Of a DNA stretch of 44,386 nucleotides, positions 1 through 9,411 are shown piece after piece. This stretch comes from Desulfobacterales bacterium. GTDB taxonomy: Bacteria; Desulfobacterota; Desulfobacteria; Desulfobacterales; UBA5616. The stretch spans positions 1 through 44,386 of the forward strand of contig JAWODC010000073.1 of NCBI GenBank assembly GCA_046483495.1. Direction: 5' to 3'. The stretch's first letter is position 1. Each line of letters begins with the position of its first letter. A program made the position numbers and the translations under genes. A model generated the notes under the pieces. It saw only the letters and a list, made by a program, of their open reading frames with translations. It ran no database searches and had not been told where the DNA came from.

Positions 1-1066
1 GGAACAGATACAAGATAAAAACCAGCATCACGATACAGAACGCCGCAAGGGTTCGATTATACGACATCCCAAAAAACATTTCCCCTTCACCGACATTCGG
101 CAGCTTCGAAGGACTTACAGGCAGTCCGTAGAGTTCTGCCAGAATGTTGATGTTCGTCATGTGAATGATGGGAACATCCTTACGGGCAAAACGGGTCATA
201 ACACTGTCGAACTTGAGGGCCGAGGCACGGACTTTTTTATTGAGTCCTGATAAATAACGGCTTTTTCCGATCCGATTGCCGGCTGATATGCTGCTCCCGC
301 CGATATTGACGTAGACGGCTGCGAAATTGCCGGCGGACATTTCCCGGTATAGGGACATCCTGGCATCGATATTGTCTGTACGGTTGTCCAATGAAATATA
401 GGGAACCCGGTTTCGATCGATGATATTCTCGATCAATTGACGGTTCTTCGATGATTGAATGAGAATGTCATCCTCGTTTCCACCCAGTGAAACAGCCGCG
501 GATCGCGTTGAAATAACGCCCTTTTCGACCAAAAGGCGCTCCATGTCAAGCCACGTAAACTCGGGAATATTCGCTCCCCATGTCGAAGCGGTGATGCTGC
601 TTACGGCAATAATGTTCAACCCCAACGTTTCCGCCGCGCAAATAGCGGCAAGGTTAATGGCTGGAAATGATCCGGAAAATCCCATGGCCACGACATCCCC
701 TTTTTTTACCCCGGCTTTCTTATAAAGGTGCACCATAACGGCAGCCCAATTCGGATTAATCGTGGTGCGCTTCGCCTCGAGATATCCGGAAACGCTGGTA
801 ATCGGGGAATGTGCCGTTCCGATCATCCCGGAGCCGGTGGGGTCGGCTTCATGGTCAACAGGCTGAACGTGTTTTACGCGATATTCCCTGAGGGTTTCCA
901 TAGCCTTTTTCATTTGCCGGGCTGCCTCGATCTTTTCCTCGTAATAGGGCTGCTTCTTTTCAACCCGGAACACCTCTACCGAAACCATGGCAAGGACGGC
1001 CAAAATGGCGATAATGACCAAGACGGACCTCGGAACTCTGCTCGGGCGCCAGTAAATGCCTTTCAT
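1..1066 (-). CDS. pgsW: Poly-gamma-glutamate system protein PgsW-like, 3' end outside the window
   Basis: Not in the ORF track because it runs off the edge. Translated by hand from ATG at 1066 (ATGA overlap with the pgsC stop): MKGIYWRPSRVPRSVLVIIAILAVLAMVSVE...EAKRTTINPNWAA...GFSGSFPAINLA...STWGANIPEFTWLDME...YVNIGG. It has an N-terminal TM helix and sits directly after pgsB-pgsC. Confidence 0.85.
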   Translation of the reverse strand, partial: MKGIYWRPSRVPRSVLVIIAILAVLAMVSVEVFRVEKKQPYYEEKIEAARQMKKAMETLREYRVKHVQPVDHEADPTGSGMIGTAHSPITSVSGYLEAKRTTINPNWAAVMVHLYKKAGVKKGDVVAMGFSGSFPAINLAAICAAETLGLNIIAVSSITASTWGANIPEFTWLDMERLLVEKGVISTRSAAVSLGGNEDDILIQSSKNRQLIENIIDRNRVPYISLDNRTDNIDARMSLYREMSAGNFAAVYVNIGGSSISAGNRIGKSRYLSGLNKKVRASALKFDSVMTRFARKDVPIIHMTNINILAELYGLPVSPSKLPNVGEGEMFFGMSYNRTLAAFCIVMLVFILYLF

Positions 1067-1521
1067 AGCACCATTTCTCCACCGTAAATCAGTATAAGGG
1101 TCAACCTTACGATCACCCCGGCAATGATCAAGGCTGAAAAACTTTCGACCACCCCCTGGCGGTCGATCCATATGGCGATCAATCCCGGGATAATATATCC
1201 GACGACCGTGAGATCGATCGATGCCGCCGGAAATTCCACCGGACCGAAAAAACGCATCAAAGCGCCGATGGTAAAACCGATGATAATCATCAAGACGGTT
1301 CTTCTGCGCCCGTAGATGATCATAACGGTCCCCATCGAATGAACGATGAAGTAGGTAAAATAGCTGGCCGTCAATGTAAAAACAATGATCAAGGGGCTGT
1401 CCAGAAAAAGGGCGACGTATCCGGGGACCACCATTCCGCCTGCAGCAAGGCCGAACAGTTCCGAAAAGGCCAGGCTGATAACCAATCCGATGCCGATGGA
1501 CAGTGTAATCAACTCTTCCAT
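1063..1521 (-). CDS. pgsC: Poly-gamma-glutamate biosynthesis membrane protein PgsC/CapC
   Basis: 152-aa hydrophobic protein with GLAAGGMVVPGY, YGRRR and GYIIPGLIA motifs; downstream of pgsB. Confidence 0.93.
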   Translation of the reverse strand: MEELITLSIGIGLVISLAFSELFGLAAGGMVVPGYVALFLDSPLIIVFTLTASYFTYFIVHSMGTVMIIYGRRRTVLMIIIGFTIGALMRFFGPVEFPAASIDLTVVGYIIPGLIAIWIDRQGVVESFSALIIAGVIVRLTLILIYGGEMVL

Positions 1522-1532
1522 GCCGTTTCCCT

Positions 1533-2714
1533 TTACAGAAGCGTTGCCCGATTCTCAAAATAGTTGACCAGCTCGAGCCCCTGCCCGGCGATGTTTCCAA
1601 TCCCCATGACCATGGCCGATTTATCGGCAAGGCCGATAATTTCCTCGAAAATACGGCTGACCGGCATACCTTCGGCATATAAGAATTTAGAAGGCTCCAT
1701 ACCCCTGGAAACAGCGGTTCTCAAAAGGATATAGACGCCCGTGCCCATCAGGACATACCGGTATGCCTCGGGCCAAGTTTTCAGGGCCTCTGCCAACTGT
1801 ATCGACCTGTCCGGCCGGTCCGACCGGGAATTGATCACCATAATTCTGCGGGAAAATGCCGAATGATGCTCGATGGCCATCTGCCAGATGCGCTGAGACG
1901 ATTCGGGGTCGTTTGCAGCGAATCCATTGATAAAAACAATTTTGCGGCCAAAAAAATCGATGACATATTCACTCATCGCACCGGGATCCGGCTTGGACTT
2001 CCACATTCCCCTCAAAGCCGTATCCCTGGGAATTCCGAGATTTTCACATAAATTGAGCACCAGGGCGACATTCTCCTTATGTTCCACATATCCGAATCGG
2101 CTCATTTCTTCATCCGATACCGCCGTCACCTCGGATCCCCTCGTTACAAAGAGTTCGCATTTTCGGTCTTCACACACATGACGGAACTCCGGAAGATAAT
2201 CGAGTTCGGCTGTAAACAGCTTTCCATGGAGCGGCGTTGTTCCCAGAATCGCCATCACCACATCCTGTTCGGAAGGGCCCATGATGTCCAGGTGATCCGG
2301 ACGGGTGTTCGTGATGACGCCGTGGGTGGCGCGTACGAACTTGAGGGCGGTCAGGGACTGCAGCCGAGGCTGCAGCGCCATGCATTCAATGACAAGGGCC
2401 TGAGCCCGGTTCTTCGACGCAATGGAGATAATCCTCAGCTGCTCGATGATATTGGCGCGGGCCGGCCGATAAACCGGATACTCTTTTCCGTCGGCCATGA
2501 TCATCCGGGGCAAGGTGCCCGTGGTTTTAGCGAATGTACGGATCCCATGCTCCCGCAACGCACCGGCGATAAGCCGTGTGATCGAAGATTTTCCCCGCGT
2601 GCCGTTTATATGAATTCGGATGGGAATGGCTTTGACATTTTTTAAATGAAATGCATATTCGGCGGTCAGCAAAAGTGCTATAACAGCGATGAGAATGATA
2701 TACATCCACAGCAT
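1533..2714 (-). CDS. pgsB: Poly-gamma-glutamate synthase PgsB/CapB (Mur-ligase-like amide ligase)
   Basis: IRIHINGTRGKSSITRLI P-loop, KTTGT, ECMALQP, TNTRPDHLD, NGFAANDPES and RSDRPDRS motifs. Confidence 0.95.
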   Translation of the reverse strand: MLWMYIILIAVIALLLTAEYAFHLKNVKAIPIRIHINGTRGKSSITRLIAGALREHGIRTFAKTTGTLPRMIMADGKEYPVYRPARANIIEQLRIISIASKNRAQALVIECMALQPRLQSLTALKFVRATHGVITNTRPDHLDIMGPSEQDVVMAILGTTPLHGKLFTAELDYLPEFRHVCEDRKCELFVTRGSEVTAVSDEEMSRFGYVEHKENVALVLNLCENLGIPRDTALRGMWKSKPDPGAMSEYVIDFFGRKIVFINGFAANDPESSQRIWQMAIEHHSAFSRRIMVINSRSDRPDRSIQLAEALKTWPEAYRYVLMGTGVYILLRTAVSRGMEPSKFLYAEGMPVSRIFEEIIGLADKSAMVMGIGNIAGQGLELVNYFENRATLL

Positions 2715-3114
2715 ATTTTACCCTCAACACACCTTTTACCAAACCGGAAAACGTATATGATGCCGATATCCATACCGGCATATCAATCTCCGACTCATCC
2801 GCCGAAAAGAATTTGTCCACGTTAAGAAGATCCCCTGTTCCGGGGGAAAAAAGCCGTTTTAGGGCAATCCGTGTATGAAAACGGCCTCGAAATACCGAAG
2901 TCCGTGATTTTTGCGGGGCTGAATATGGCAAAAAGAAAAGGATGTGTCAACACATTAGATGGCATGTAAGACCGGCCGGGCCACACGCGCAGGAAGCATA
3001 GACCCGGACCATTACGGCCGGTAGTGAGGATATTTAACTTGCCCTCTTTCGCAATGCAGCCGTCCACTTATCGGCATTGTAGATTTTTGAAAATCAAAAC
3101 GTCACACGGGATAT

Positions 3115-4056
3115 TCAGTGAACGATCCAAACCGCAAGCGCGTCAGACTGCTGAAGAACTTTGCTGGTAACGCTGCCCATAAAAAATTCTTTAAACATCG
3201 AGATGCCTCTTCGTCCGAGAACGATGGTGCCGAAATCGTTCGTTTTCGCGAAATTCACGATATCATTTGCCGGATTGCGGGTGCCCTCCACCACCTTTAC
3301 GGAAATGTTGTTCTCGGGAAAACCGGATTCAACGAGTATCTTCTGTGACCGCTCGATATAAGGGGTGATTTCTTCTCCGGCTTTTTTGCGCCAGGTTTCT
3401 TCTACATCAGGCGCTTCCTTAAGTATTTCCGAGGGGATGAACCGGCCGATATTCCGAATCGTGTGAAAGAGCATAACTTCACAATCGGTTCCGGAAAGCA
3501 TGAAGCCGGCGTGCCCGACGGCTCTCAAGGCATTATCCGATGCGTCCAGGGCAACGAGAACCTTTTTGGAGGTAACGCTTCCACCGATGATCCAGACCGG
3601 AACCTGCTGGCAGTATTCTACGAAATTTTTTGAAATTTCCCCCATGAACAAGTCTTTGATTTCTGTTTTTCCACGCCGCGTCAACACAATGGTATCCGAC
3701 CGCCGGCTTTCCGCATAATAGCATACGTCCTTGGTGACGCTTCTCTGTTTTTTCTGGTAAAGGGTTTGGACGCGATCCTCCGGAAAGCCTTTCTCCAGCA
3801 TTTTGGCTTTGGCTTCGGCCATTATTTTTTCGGCAAGTTCGATATTCTTCCGTTCGATCGATCTCAACCGGGCACGCTCCTCCCGCGTCAAATCCGAATC
3901 CCCTTCGAAAATCATGGGCAAAGAGGGAAGGATATAGCAGATCAAAATCTTGACATTATGTTCAGGCCCCAGGATATTTTCTACATAATCCAGAGCCTTG
4001 AAGGAATTCTCGGACCCATCCACCGGGATGATGATGCTCTTTTCAAGTTGTCTCAT
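3115..4056 (-). CDS. Tandem-domain universal stress protein
   Basis: Two USP repeats: IIIPVDGSENS...VLTRRG...FMGEIS and VLVALDASDNA...VLGRRG...MGSVTSKVL. Confidence 0.9.
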   Translation of the reverse strand: MRQLEKSIIIPVDGSENSFKALDYVENILGPEHNVKILICYILPSLPMIFEGDSDLTREERARLRSIERKNIELAEKIMAEAKAKMLEKGFPEDRVQTLYQKKQRSVTKDVCYYAESRRSDTIVLTRRGKTEIKDLFMGEISKNFVEYCQQVPVWIIGGSVTSKKVLVALDASDNALRAVGHAGFMLSGTDCEVMLFHTIRNIGRFIPSEILKEAPDVEETWRKKAGEEITPYIERSQKILVESGFPENNISVKVVEGTRNPANDIVNFAKTNDFGTIVLGRRGISMFKEFFMGSVTSKVLQQSDALAVWIVH

Positions 4057-4094
4057 GGTTATTTTCCTTTATGATAACGCAAGTTGGTCGAGAC

Positions 4095-4409
4095 TTATGT
4101 CTTGATCATTAAACCCCGCAAAAAGTTCCGGATAGCGGTGTAGTGTGTTTTCTTCAGTCTTTTCAACAATCTGTTGATTTTTTCCCTGTTATACCCAATG
4201 ACGACTTCATCCTCGACAACGAGGGTCGGGAAGGACAGCTTGGGATTATATTCCTTCAAAGTAGTGAAGATTTCCTGCCGCTCGTGTTCTCCAAGCCGAT
4301 CAACCTCGATTGTCTGGAACGTGATTTTCAATTTTTCCAGTTCTTTTTTCAGTTCCTTGCACATGCTGCATGTGCTGAGAGAATAAAGCCACACCGGCCT
4401 TTCTGTCAT
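4095..4409 (-). CDS. Glutaredoxin/NrdH-like redoxin
   Basis: LYSLSTCSMC (CxxC) and SFPTLVV...VIGY cis-Pro motif; 104 aa. Confidence 0.88.
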   Translation of the reverse strand: MTERPVWLYSLSTCSMCKELKKELEKLKITFQTIEVDRLGEHERQEIFTTLKEYNPKLSFPTLVVEDEVVIGYNREKINRLLKRLKKTHYTAIRNFLRGLMIKT

Positions 4410-4443
4410 GGTAATGCATTCCCCCCCTTTTTTGTATTCAGGA

Positions 4444-5292
4444 TCAGAGCCGATCGCTTATTTCATCCGACTCGTACGTCTCCTGTTTGATCGACAATTC
4501 CAGGTTTGTGATCAGTCCGGCATGTTTTTGGGTTTCCTCTGCGGCCAGAAGATCGGAGTGCTGTTTGCGGGTATCGGCCAAACTTTCGAGGGTGTGCCTC
4601 AGGGCTGTGCCGACAGCGGAGGAAAACCGGATTTGTTTTACATCGAATCGGGGTTCGAATCCATTTTCCGCAACCGGTTCCGCAAGGTGGGCCAGCTGCT
4701 TCATTTTTGTCATCGAAAAATCCATGATTTGCCATCCCAGCATGGCATCCTTTTGAAATACCCAAGAATCCCGAATACATTGAAGCATTTGATTGTATTT
4801 GGCAGAAACCGCCTGCTGAACGGCCTCCACAAAGGCCGTAGGAAGCTCGTTTTCCTCTTCCGGAAGCTGATTCGCCTGCTCAGGTGTGAGTTTGGACAGA
4901 ACCTTTTTAAACTTGACGGCATGCATTTCAGACTCCCATGCCTCGCGCTGCAAAACGCGTTTGATATGGGGATCGGCTGTCTTTTCCGCCTCACCCATGT
5001 AATGGGGAATCAGCTTTTCTTCATACCTCACATAGGACTCGAACAGGGTTGCGCGATTGGTGGGATCATGAGGGTACGGCGCCGGTTTCATTTCCGGTTC
5101 ACCGCCCAATCGGCCGATGATCATTCCCAGCCAGTGCATATGCCACATTTCCTCACGGGATCGCGACAGCAGACCCGCCCCAAGGGGCGTATCTTCACCC
5201 TCCAGGTAAGCATGGACGAGATAACGGATAATGGCGGCATGTTCGTCTGCAAGATCCCTGTTCAGCATGGAAATGAGTTCCTGGTCATTCAT
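4444..5292 (-). CDS. Ferritin-like (bacterioferritin-related) two-domain protein
   Basis: LNRDLADEHAAIIRY, EEMWH, EE and ESEMH di-iron-type motifs, then a second degenerate ferritin-like repeat. Start moved to ATG 5292, which has an AGGAGG RBS upstream. Confidence 0.8.
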   Translation of the reverse strand: MNDQELISMLNRDLADEHAAIIRYLVHAYLEGEDTPLGAGLLSRSREEMWHMHWLGMIIGRLGGEPEMKPAPYPHDPTNRATLFESYVRYEEKLIPHYMGEAEKTADPHIKRVLQREAWESEMHAVKFKKVLSKLTPEQANQLPEEENELPTAFVEAVQQAVSAKYNQMLQCIRDSWVFQKDAMLGWQIMDFSMTKMKQLAHLAEPVAENGFEPRFDVKQIRFSSAVGTALRHTLESLADTRKQHSDLLAAEETQKHAGLITNLELSIKQETYESDEISDRL

Positions 5293-5559
5293 GGTCGGCC
5301 TCCTTGACGCATCAGTGATGGATTTTATAAAATTGCAATTTACAAAAACCTTCGATAATATGGCAGCCTTGAAATTCGAGATCATACTACCAAATTGTTC
5401 CGGTTAGGGTCAACCGAATAGTGGAAGGAATTGAGTGAATTTACAACAGATTCGAATTATATTGACACAACGCCTTTTTTATGGTTTCCCCAGAATCGCT
5501 TTTTTGAACCCCCGTTGGGTTGCCTTTATAAAGGAACAAACGGAAAAGGAGATTAACCG

Positions 5560-6030
5560 ATGAAACAAAAGTATATCGTCTCTAAAAGCGAGAGCGGCAA
5601 ACAGCTGATCATTAGAGAGTTTGCGGAAATCGATAAAGATATTTTTTCTCAGATGTGCGAAGTCAGTTATGATTTCGAGGCGGTTCGATCCGCTATCCTA
5701 TCGGGATCGGATCACTTTGCAAGTGTCATTCGAAACCGTAATTTCTTTCCACCCATTACAACGGTGCAGCAGATATTCGCTGAGATGGACGGCATCAGCG
5801 GACTGAACCAAAATGAGTCCATCGAGATTTTTACCGATGACACCGATATTCTGGCCGAACAGGGAGAGGCCTATGACCTTCTCGACGATTTGGAGGAAGA
5901 TACGGATAAGCTCGACGAACTGCTGGAAGATGAGGTTGACGTTTATGATGAAAATATTTCCGTAAAAAAAATCAATTCATCCTTGAAAGTGGATGATGAT
6001 GAAATCGCCGACGATAACGGCGAGATGTAA
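5560..6030 (+). CDS. Hypothetical protein with a very acidic C-terminus
   Basis: 156-aa ORF with an AAGGAG RBS, first gene of the apbE-rimO run; Asp/Glu-rich tail. Confidence 0.7.
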   Translation: MKQKYIVSKSESGKQLIIREFAEIDKDIFSQMCEVSYDFEAVRSAILSGSDHFASVIRNRNFFPPITTVQQIFAEMDGISGLNQNESIEIFTDDTDILAEQGEAYDLLDDLEEDTDKLDELLEDEVDVYDENISVKKINSSLKVDDDEIADDNGEM

Positions 6031-7053
6031 TTGCCCGTGAATAAGAAATACCGATATTTTATCTTTCTGATTCTGATTTTTTTGCCTTTGGGCTGCCGGT
6101 CTCCGGAAAATGAGCATGTTATTTCCGGCCGAACCATGGGCACCACGTATCATGTAAAGGTTGTCGCCGGATTGCCGGACGGCACCGACCGGTTGAAAGC
6201 CCAAATCGATGAGAAACTCGAGACGCTCAACCATCGCTTTTCAAACTTTATACCCGAAAGCGACATCAGCAGGTTCAATCGATCGGCCGACACCGAGACC
6301 GAATGCGCCTTATCCCCCGACTTTTTTTATGTGATGGTACAGGCAAAGCAAATCCATAAATTGAGCCACGGCGCATGGGACGGCACGGTAAAGCCTCTGG
6401 TGGAATTGTGGGGGTTCGGATCCGATGACGCATTAAAAAGCCTCCCGAGCCGTGAAAAAATAGGAGAAATACTGAAAAGAACCGGGTTTGATCGCATTGA
6501 ACTGAAAAAAGGAGGTCTTCTTCGGAAAACCCATCCGCAAGTGACGCTCGATCTGGCTTCGATTGCCAAGGGATACGGAGTGGATGCCGTTTCGGAACTG
6601 CTCCGATCCAACGGCTATCACAATTTCATCGTCGAAATCGGAGGCGAAGTCTATGCGTCCGGTGTTCGGAAGGATAAAAACCTGTGGCGTGTCGGCGTAA
6701 ATACACCGCATAAGGATGCCGCGTTCGATGACATACATCTGACGGTTGAATTGAAAAACAGGGCCATGGCCACCAGCGGCGATTATCGCAATTTTACCGA
6801 GATCGGCGGAGTCCCTTTTTCACATATTATCGACCCCCGAACAGGATATCCGGTAAAAAACGGTGTTGTCAGTGCATCCGTGATATCGGGCAACTGCACC
6901 CTCGCCGATGGGCTTGCAACGGCGCTTATGGTGATGGGGCCGAACGCCGGAATCGAAATGATCGACCGAATCACGGATACCGAATGCCTGATCATTGTCC
7001 GAAACCCGGATGGATCCCTCACGGATCATTATTCCAAGGGATTCCCGCATTAA
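6031..7053 (+). CDS. apbE: FAD:protein FMN transferase (ApbE family lipoprotein)
   Basis: Lipobox-like LPLGC, TMGTTY, DLASIAKGYGVD, EIGGE, ATSGDYRN, HIIDPRTGYP and ADGLATA motifs. Start is TTG 6031 or GTG 6037. Confidence 0.95.
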   Translation: MPVNKKYRYFIFLILIFLPLGCRSPENEHVISGRTMGTTYHVKVVAGLPDGTDRLKAQIDEKLETLNHRFSNFIPESDISRFNRSADTETECALSPDFFYVMVQAKQIHKLSHGAWDGTVKPLVELWGFGSDDALKSLPSREKIGEILKRTGFDRIELKKGGLLRKTHPQVTLDLASIAKGYGVDAVSELLRSNGYHNFIVEIGGEVYASGVRKDKNLWRVGVNTPHKDAAFDDIHLTVELKNRAMATSGDYRNFTEIGGVPFSHIIDPRTGYPVKNGVVSASVISGNCTLADGLATALMVMGPNAGIEMIDRITDTECLIIVRNPDGSLTDHYSKGFPH

Positions 7054-7056
7054 ATC

Positions 7057-8376
7057 ATGAATGTTTATTTCGAAAGTCTTGGGTGCGCCAGGAATCAGGT
7101 GGACAGCGAGATACTGATCGGCCGTTTGATAAACGCCGGCTGCAGGATATCCGAATCCCCGCAGCATGCCGAGGTGATCGTCGTGAATACCTGCAGCTTT
7201 ATTGAAGATGCCGCCCAGGAATCCATTGACGCCATTTTATCACTGGCCGCCTATAAAGCACTTGGAGCCTGCCGCTTTCTCATCGTCATCGGATGTCTGC
7301 CTCAACGTTATCAGAAAGATATTTCAGAAAGCTTACCTGAAGTCGACCTGTTTCTCGGAACCGGTGCCTTCGCGCATCTTTTGCCGGCGGTGCTGAATGT
7401 GCCGCATACCTCAGGCGCTTTATTTCCGAAACCGGACCGGCCCGGGCTTCTCGATTGTTCTCTTCGCACCCGGCTCGATTCAAAACCTGCAGCTTATATA
7501 AAAATCGCCGAAGGGTGCGATAAGCATTGCACCTATTGTATTATACCGAAACTTCGCGGACGACAGAAAAGCCGACCCCCGGCCGACATCATTCGCGAAG
7601 CCCGTGGGCTGATTTCAGCCGGGATCAAGGAACTGGTTCTGGTGGCTCAGGAAACAACATTTTACGGGAATGACTTCACACCGAAAATGGATTTGTCCCA
7701 CCTTCTCGCCGAATTGGCCGTGCTTGAAGGCGATATTCGGATCCGCGTTCTTTACGGCCATCCCCTGAGCATGAGCAATGACCTGATTAAAACCATTGCA
7801 TCCCATTCCAAATTGTGCTCATATTTCGATATGCCGATTCAACATGCCAGCGATCGCATTCTAAAACAGATGGGCAGAGGTTATACATCACGCGATCTAT
7901 ACGACACCATTGAGCAAATTCGCCGTCATATCCCGGATGCCGCGCTCAGAACCACGGTAATCACCGGTTTTCCCGGAGAATCCGATTCCGATTTCCGCAA
8001 ATTGACCGATTTTCTCGAAGATGTCCGGTTTCATCACCTCGGGGCGTTTACATACTCGGATGCCGATGATTTGGCCGCCCACCGCCTTCCGAACAAGGTA
8101 CACCCCAAAAAAGCATCCCGCAGGTATGACCACATCATGTCTCTTCAGCAACAGATCTCCGAAGACATTCAAAAAACCTGTATCGGATCGAAACTCCGGG
8201 TGCTGATCGAGGAAAAACCCGAAAAAGGCCTGTTTGTCGGAAGGACGGACTTCCAGGCTCCGGAAGTCGATGGGGTAGTATACATCGACACCGGAAAGCA
8301 ACTGTCCGTGGGAGATTTTGCCGACATCAGAATTGTCGATGCGCTCGAGTACGATCTAATGGGAGAACCGGCATGA
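7057..8376 (+). CDS. rimO: Ribosomal protein S12 methylthiotransferase
   Basis: SLGCARNQVDSE, NTCSFIEDA, EGCDKHCTYCIIP radical SAM motif, QAPEVDG and a C-terminal TRAM domain. Confidence 0.95.
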   Translation: MNVYFESLGCARNQVDSEILIGRLINAGCRISESPQHAEVIVVNTCSFIEDAAQESIDAILSLAAYKALGACRFLIVIGCLPQRYQKDISESLPEVDLFLGTGAFAHLLPAVLNVPHTSGALFPKPDRPGLLDCSLRTRLDSKPAAYIKIAEGCDKHCTYCIIPKLRGRQKSRPPADIIREARGLISAGIKELVLVAQETTFYGNDFTPKMDLSHLLAELAVLEGDIRIRVLYGHPLSMSNDLIKTIASHSKLCSYFDMPIQHASDRILKQMGRGYTSRDLYDTIEQIRRHIPDAALRTTVITGFPGESDSDFRKLTDFLEDVRFHHLGAFTYSDADDLAAHRLPNKVHPKKASRRYDHIMSLQQQISEDIQKTCIGSKLRVLIEEKPEKGLFVGRTDFQAPEVDGVVYIDTGKQLSVGDFADIRIVDALEYDLMGEPA

Positions 8377-9356
8377 GCGATCTGAAAACCATGCTCCTGG
8401 AGTGGGTGCGCCCTGATCTCGAACAAATCGAAGCTTCCCTCAGACGCCATTTGGTAACCAACTTCGATCTGGTTTCGAAGGTTGCCTCCCATCTCCTGTT
8501 CAGCGGCGGCAAACGGCTCAGGCCTTTGCTGCTTATCATGTCGGCGAGGATTTGCGGCTACCGCGGCGGAGTTGACGTGGACCTCGCCACTGCATTTGAA
8601 TACCTTCATACGGCGACACTGCTTCATGACGACTTGGTTGACGGGGCGGGTTACCGGCGGGGCAGACCCGTAGCCCATCAACTATGGGATAATCCCACGG
8701 CGGTTCTGGTTGGTGATTATCTCTTCGCCAGGGCCAGTTCAATTGCCGCTGCTACAGAACATCTCGATGCCATTAAAGTACTTGCGGAAGTGACCCAGGA
8801 GATGTCCCAGGGCGAACTGTTCCAGCTCACGAAAAAAGGCAATATCGATCTCACGGAAGACGAATATCTCGAGGTGATCCGTCGAAAAACAGCCGTTCTG
8901 TTTCAGGGCGCCTGCAGAATCGGGGCCAGTCTTCATGACGCGGGAAATGAAAGAAAATCCGCTCTCGATGCATACGGGCTGCACCTCGGACTGGCGTTTC
9001 AGATGGCGGATGACATGCTGGATTATCTCCAGCAGGATATCGAAACGTTGGGAAAAGCGGCAGGCGCCGATTTGCGTGAAGGGAAAGTGACATTGCCGGT
9101 GATTCACACGCTCAGGCAGGCCGCACCCTCCGATAAAGCCGCGATCAAATCGATTCTGGCACAACCCGATTTTACCACCAAAGACTTCAAGCGGATTATG
9201 CGGCTGATGGAAACCTACGGCGGGATGGCCTATACCCGTAAAAAGGCTGAAGAGCACTCGGAGACGGCAAAAGATGCACTATGCGTCTTTCCTCAATCGA
9301 AAACACGGGAAATTATGACGGCGCTTGCCGATTATGCGCTGATCCGAAAAGCCTGA
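8373..9356 (+). CDS. Polyprenyl diphosphate synthase (IspB/HepT-like)
   Basis: GGKRLRP, LLHDDLVD..RRG (first Asp-rich motif), KTA, FQMADDMLD and DLREGKVTLP. Confidence 0.93.
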   Translation: MSDLKTMLLEWVRPDLEQIEASLRRHLVTNFDLVSKVASHLLFSGGKRLRPLLLIMSARICGYRGGVDVDLATAFEYLHTATLLHDDLVDGAGYRRGRPVAHQLWDNPTAVLVGDYLFARASSIAAATEHLDAIKVLAEVTQEMSQGELFQLTKKGNIDLTEDEYLEVIRRKTAVLFQGACRIGASLHDAGNERKSALDAYGLHLGLAFQMADDMLDYLQQDIETLGKAAGADLREGKVTLPVIHTLRQAAPSDKAAIKSILAQPDFTTKDFKRIMRLMETYGGMAYTRKKAEEHSETAKDALCVFPQSKTREIMTALADYALIRKA

Positions 9357-9411
9357 GCCGTCGCGAACCGAATCATTCGCCCGAAAAGGCCCACAAAGAG
9401 AAGAGACCGAC

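Noticed and set aside
2860..2930. Possible third, reverse-oriented relic of the 146-nt element upstream of pgsB (CCTCGAAATA...TTTTTGCGG resembles the reverse complement of the core)
   Set aside because: Only two short words match, and the terminal inverted repeats and stems are missing. A covariance-model search is needed.
4408..5307. 299-aa plus-strand ORF and other long antisense ORFs (e.g. 15620-16576, 28061-28882, 29838-30866, 32367-33149)
   Set aside because: They lie opposite well-supported genes and show no recognisable motifs, so they are treated as shadow ORFs.
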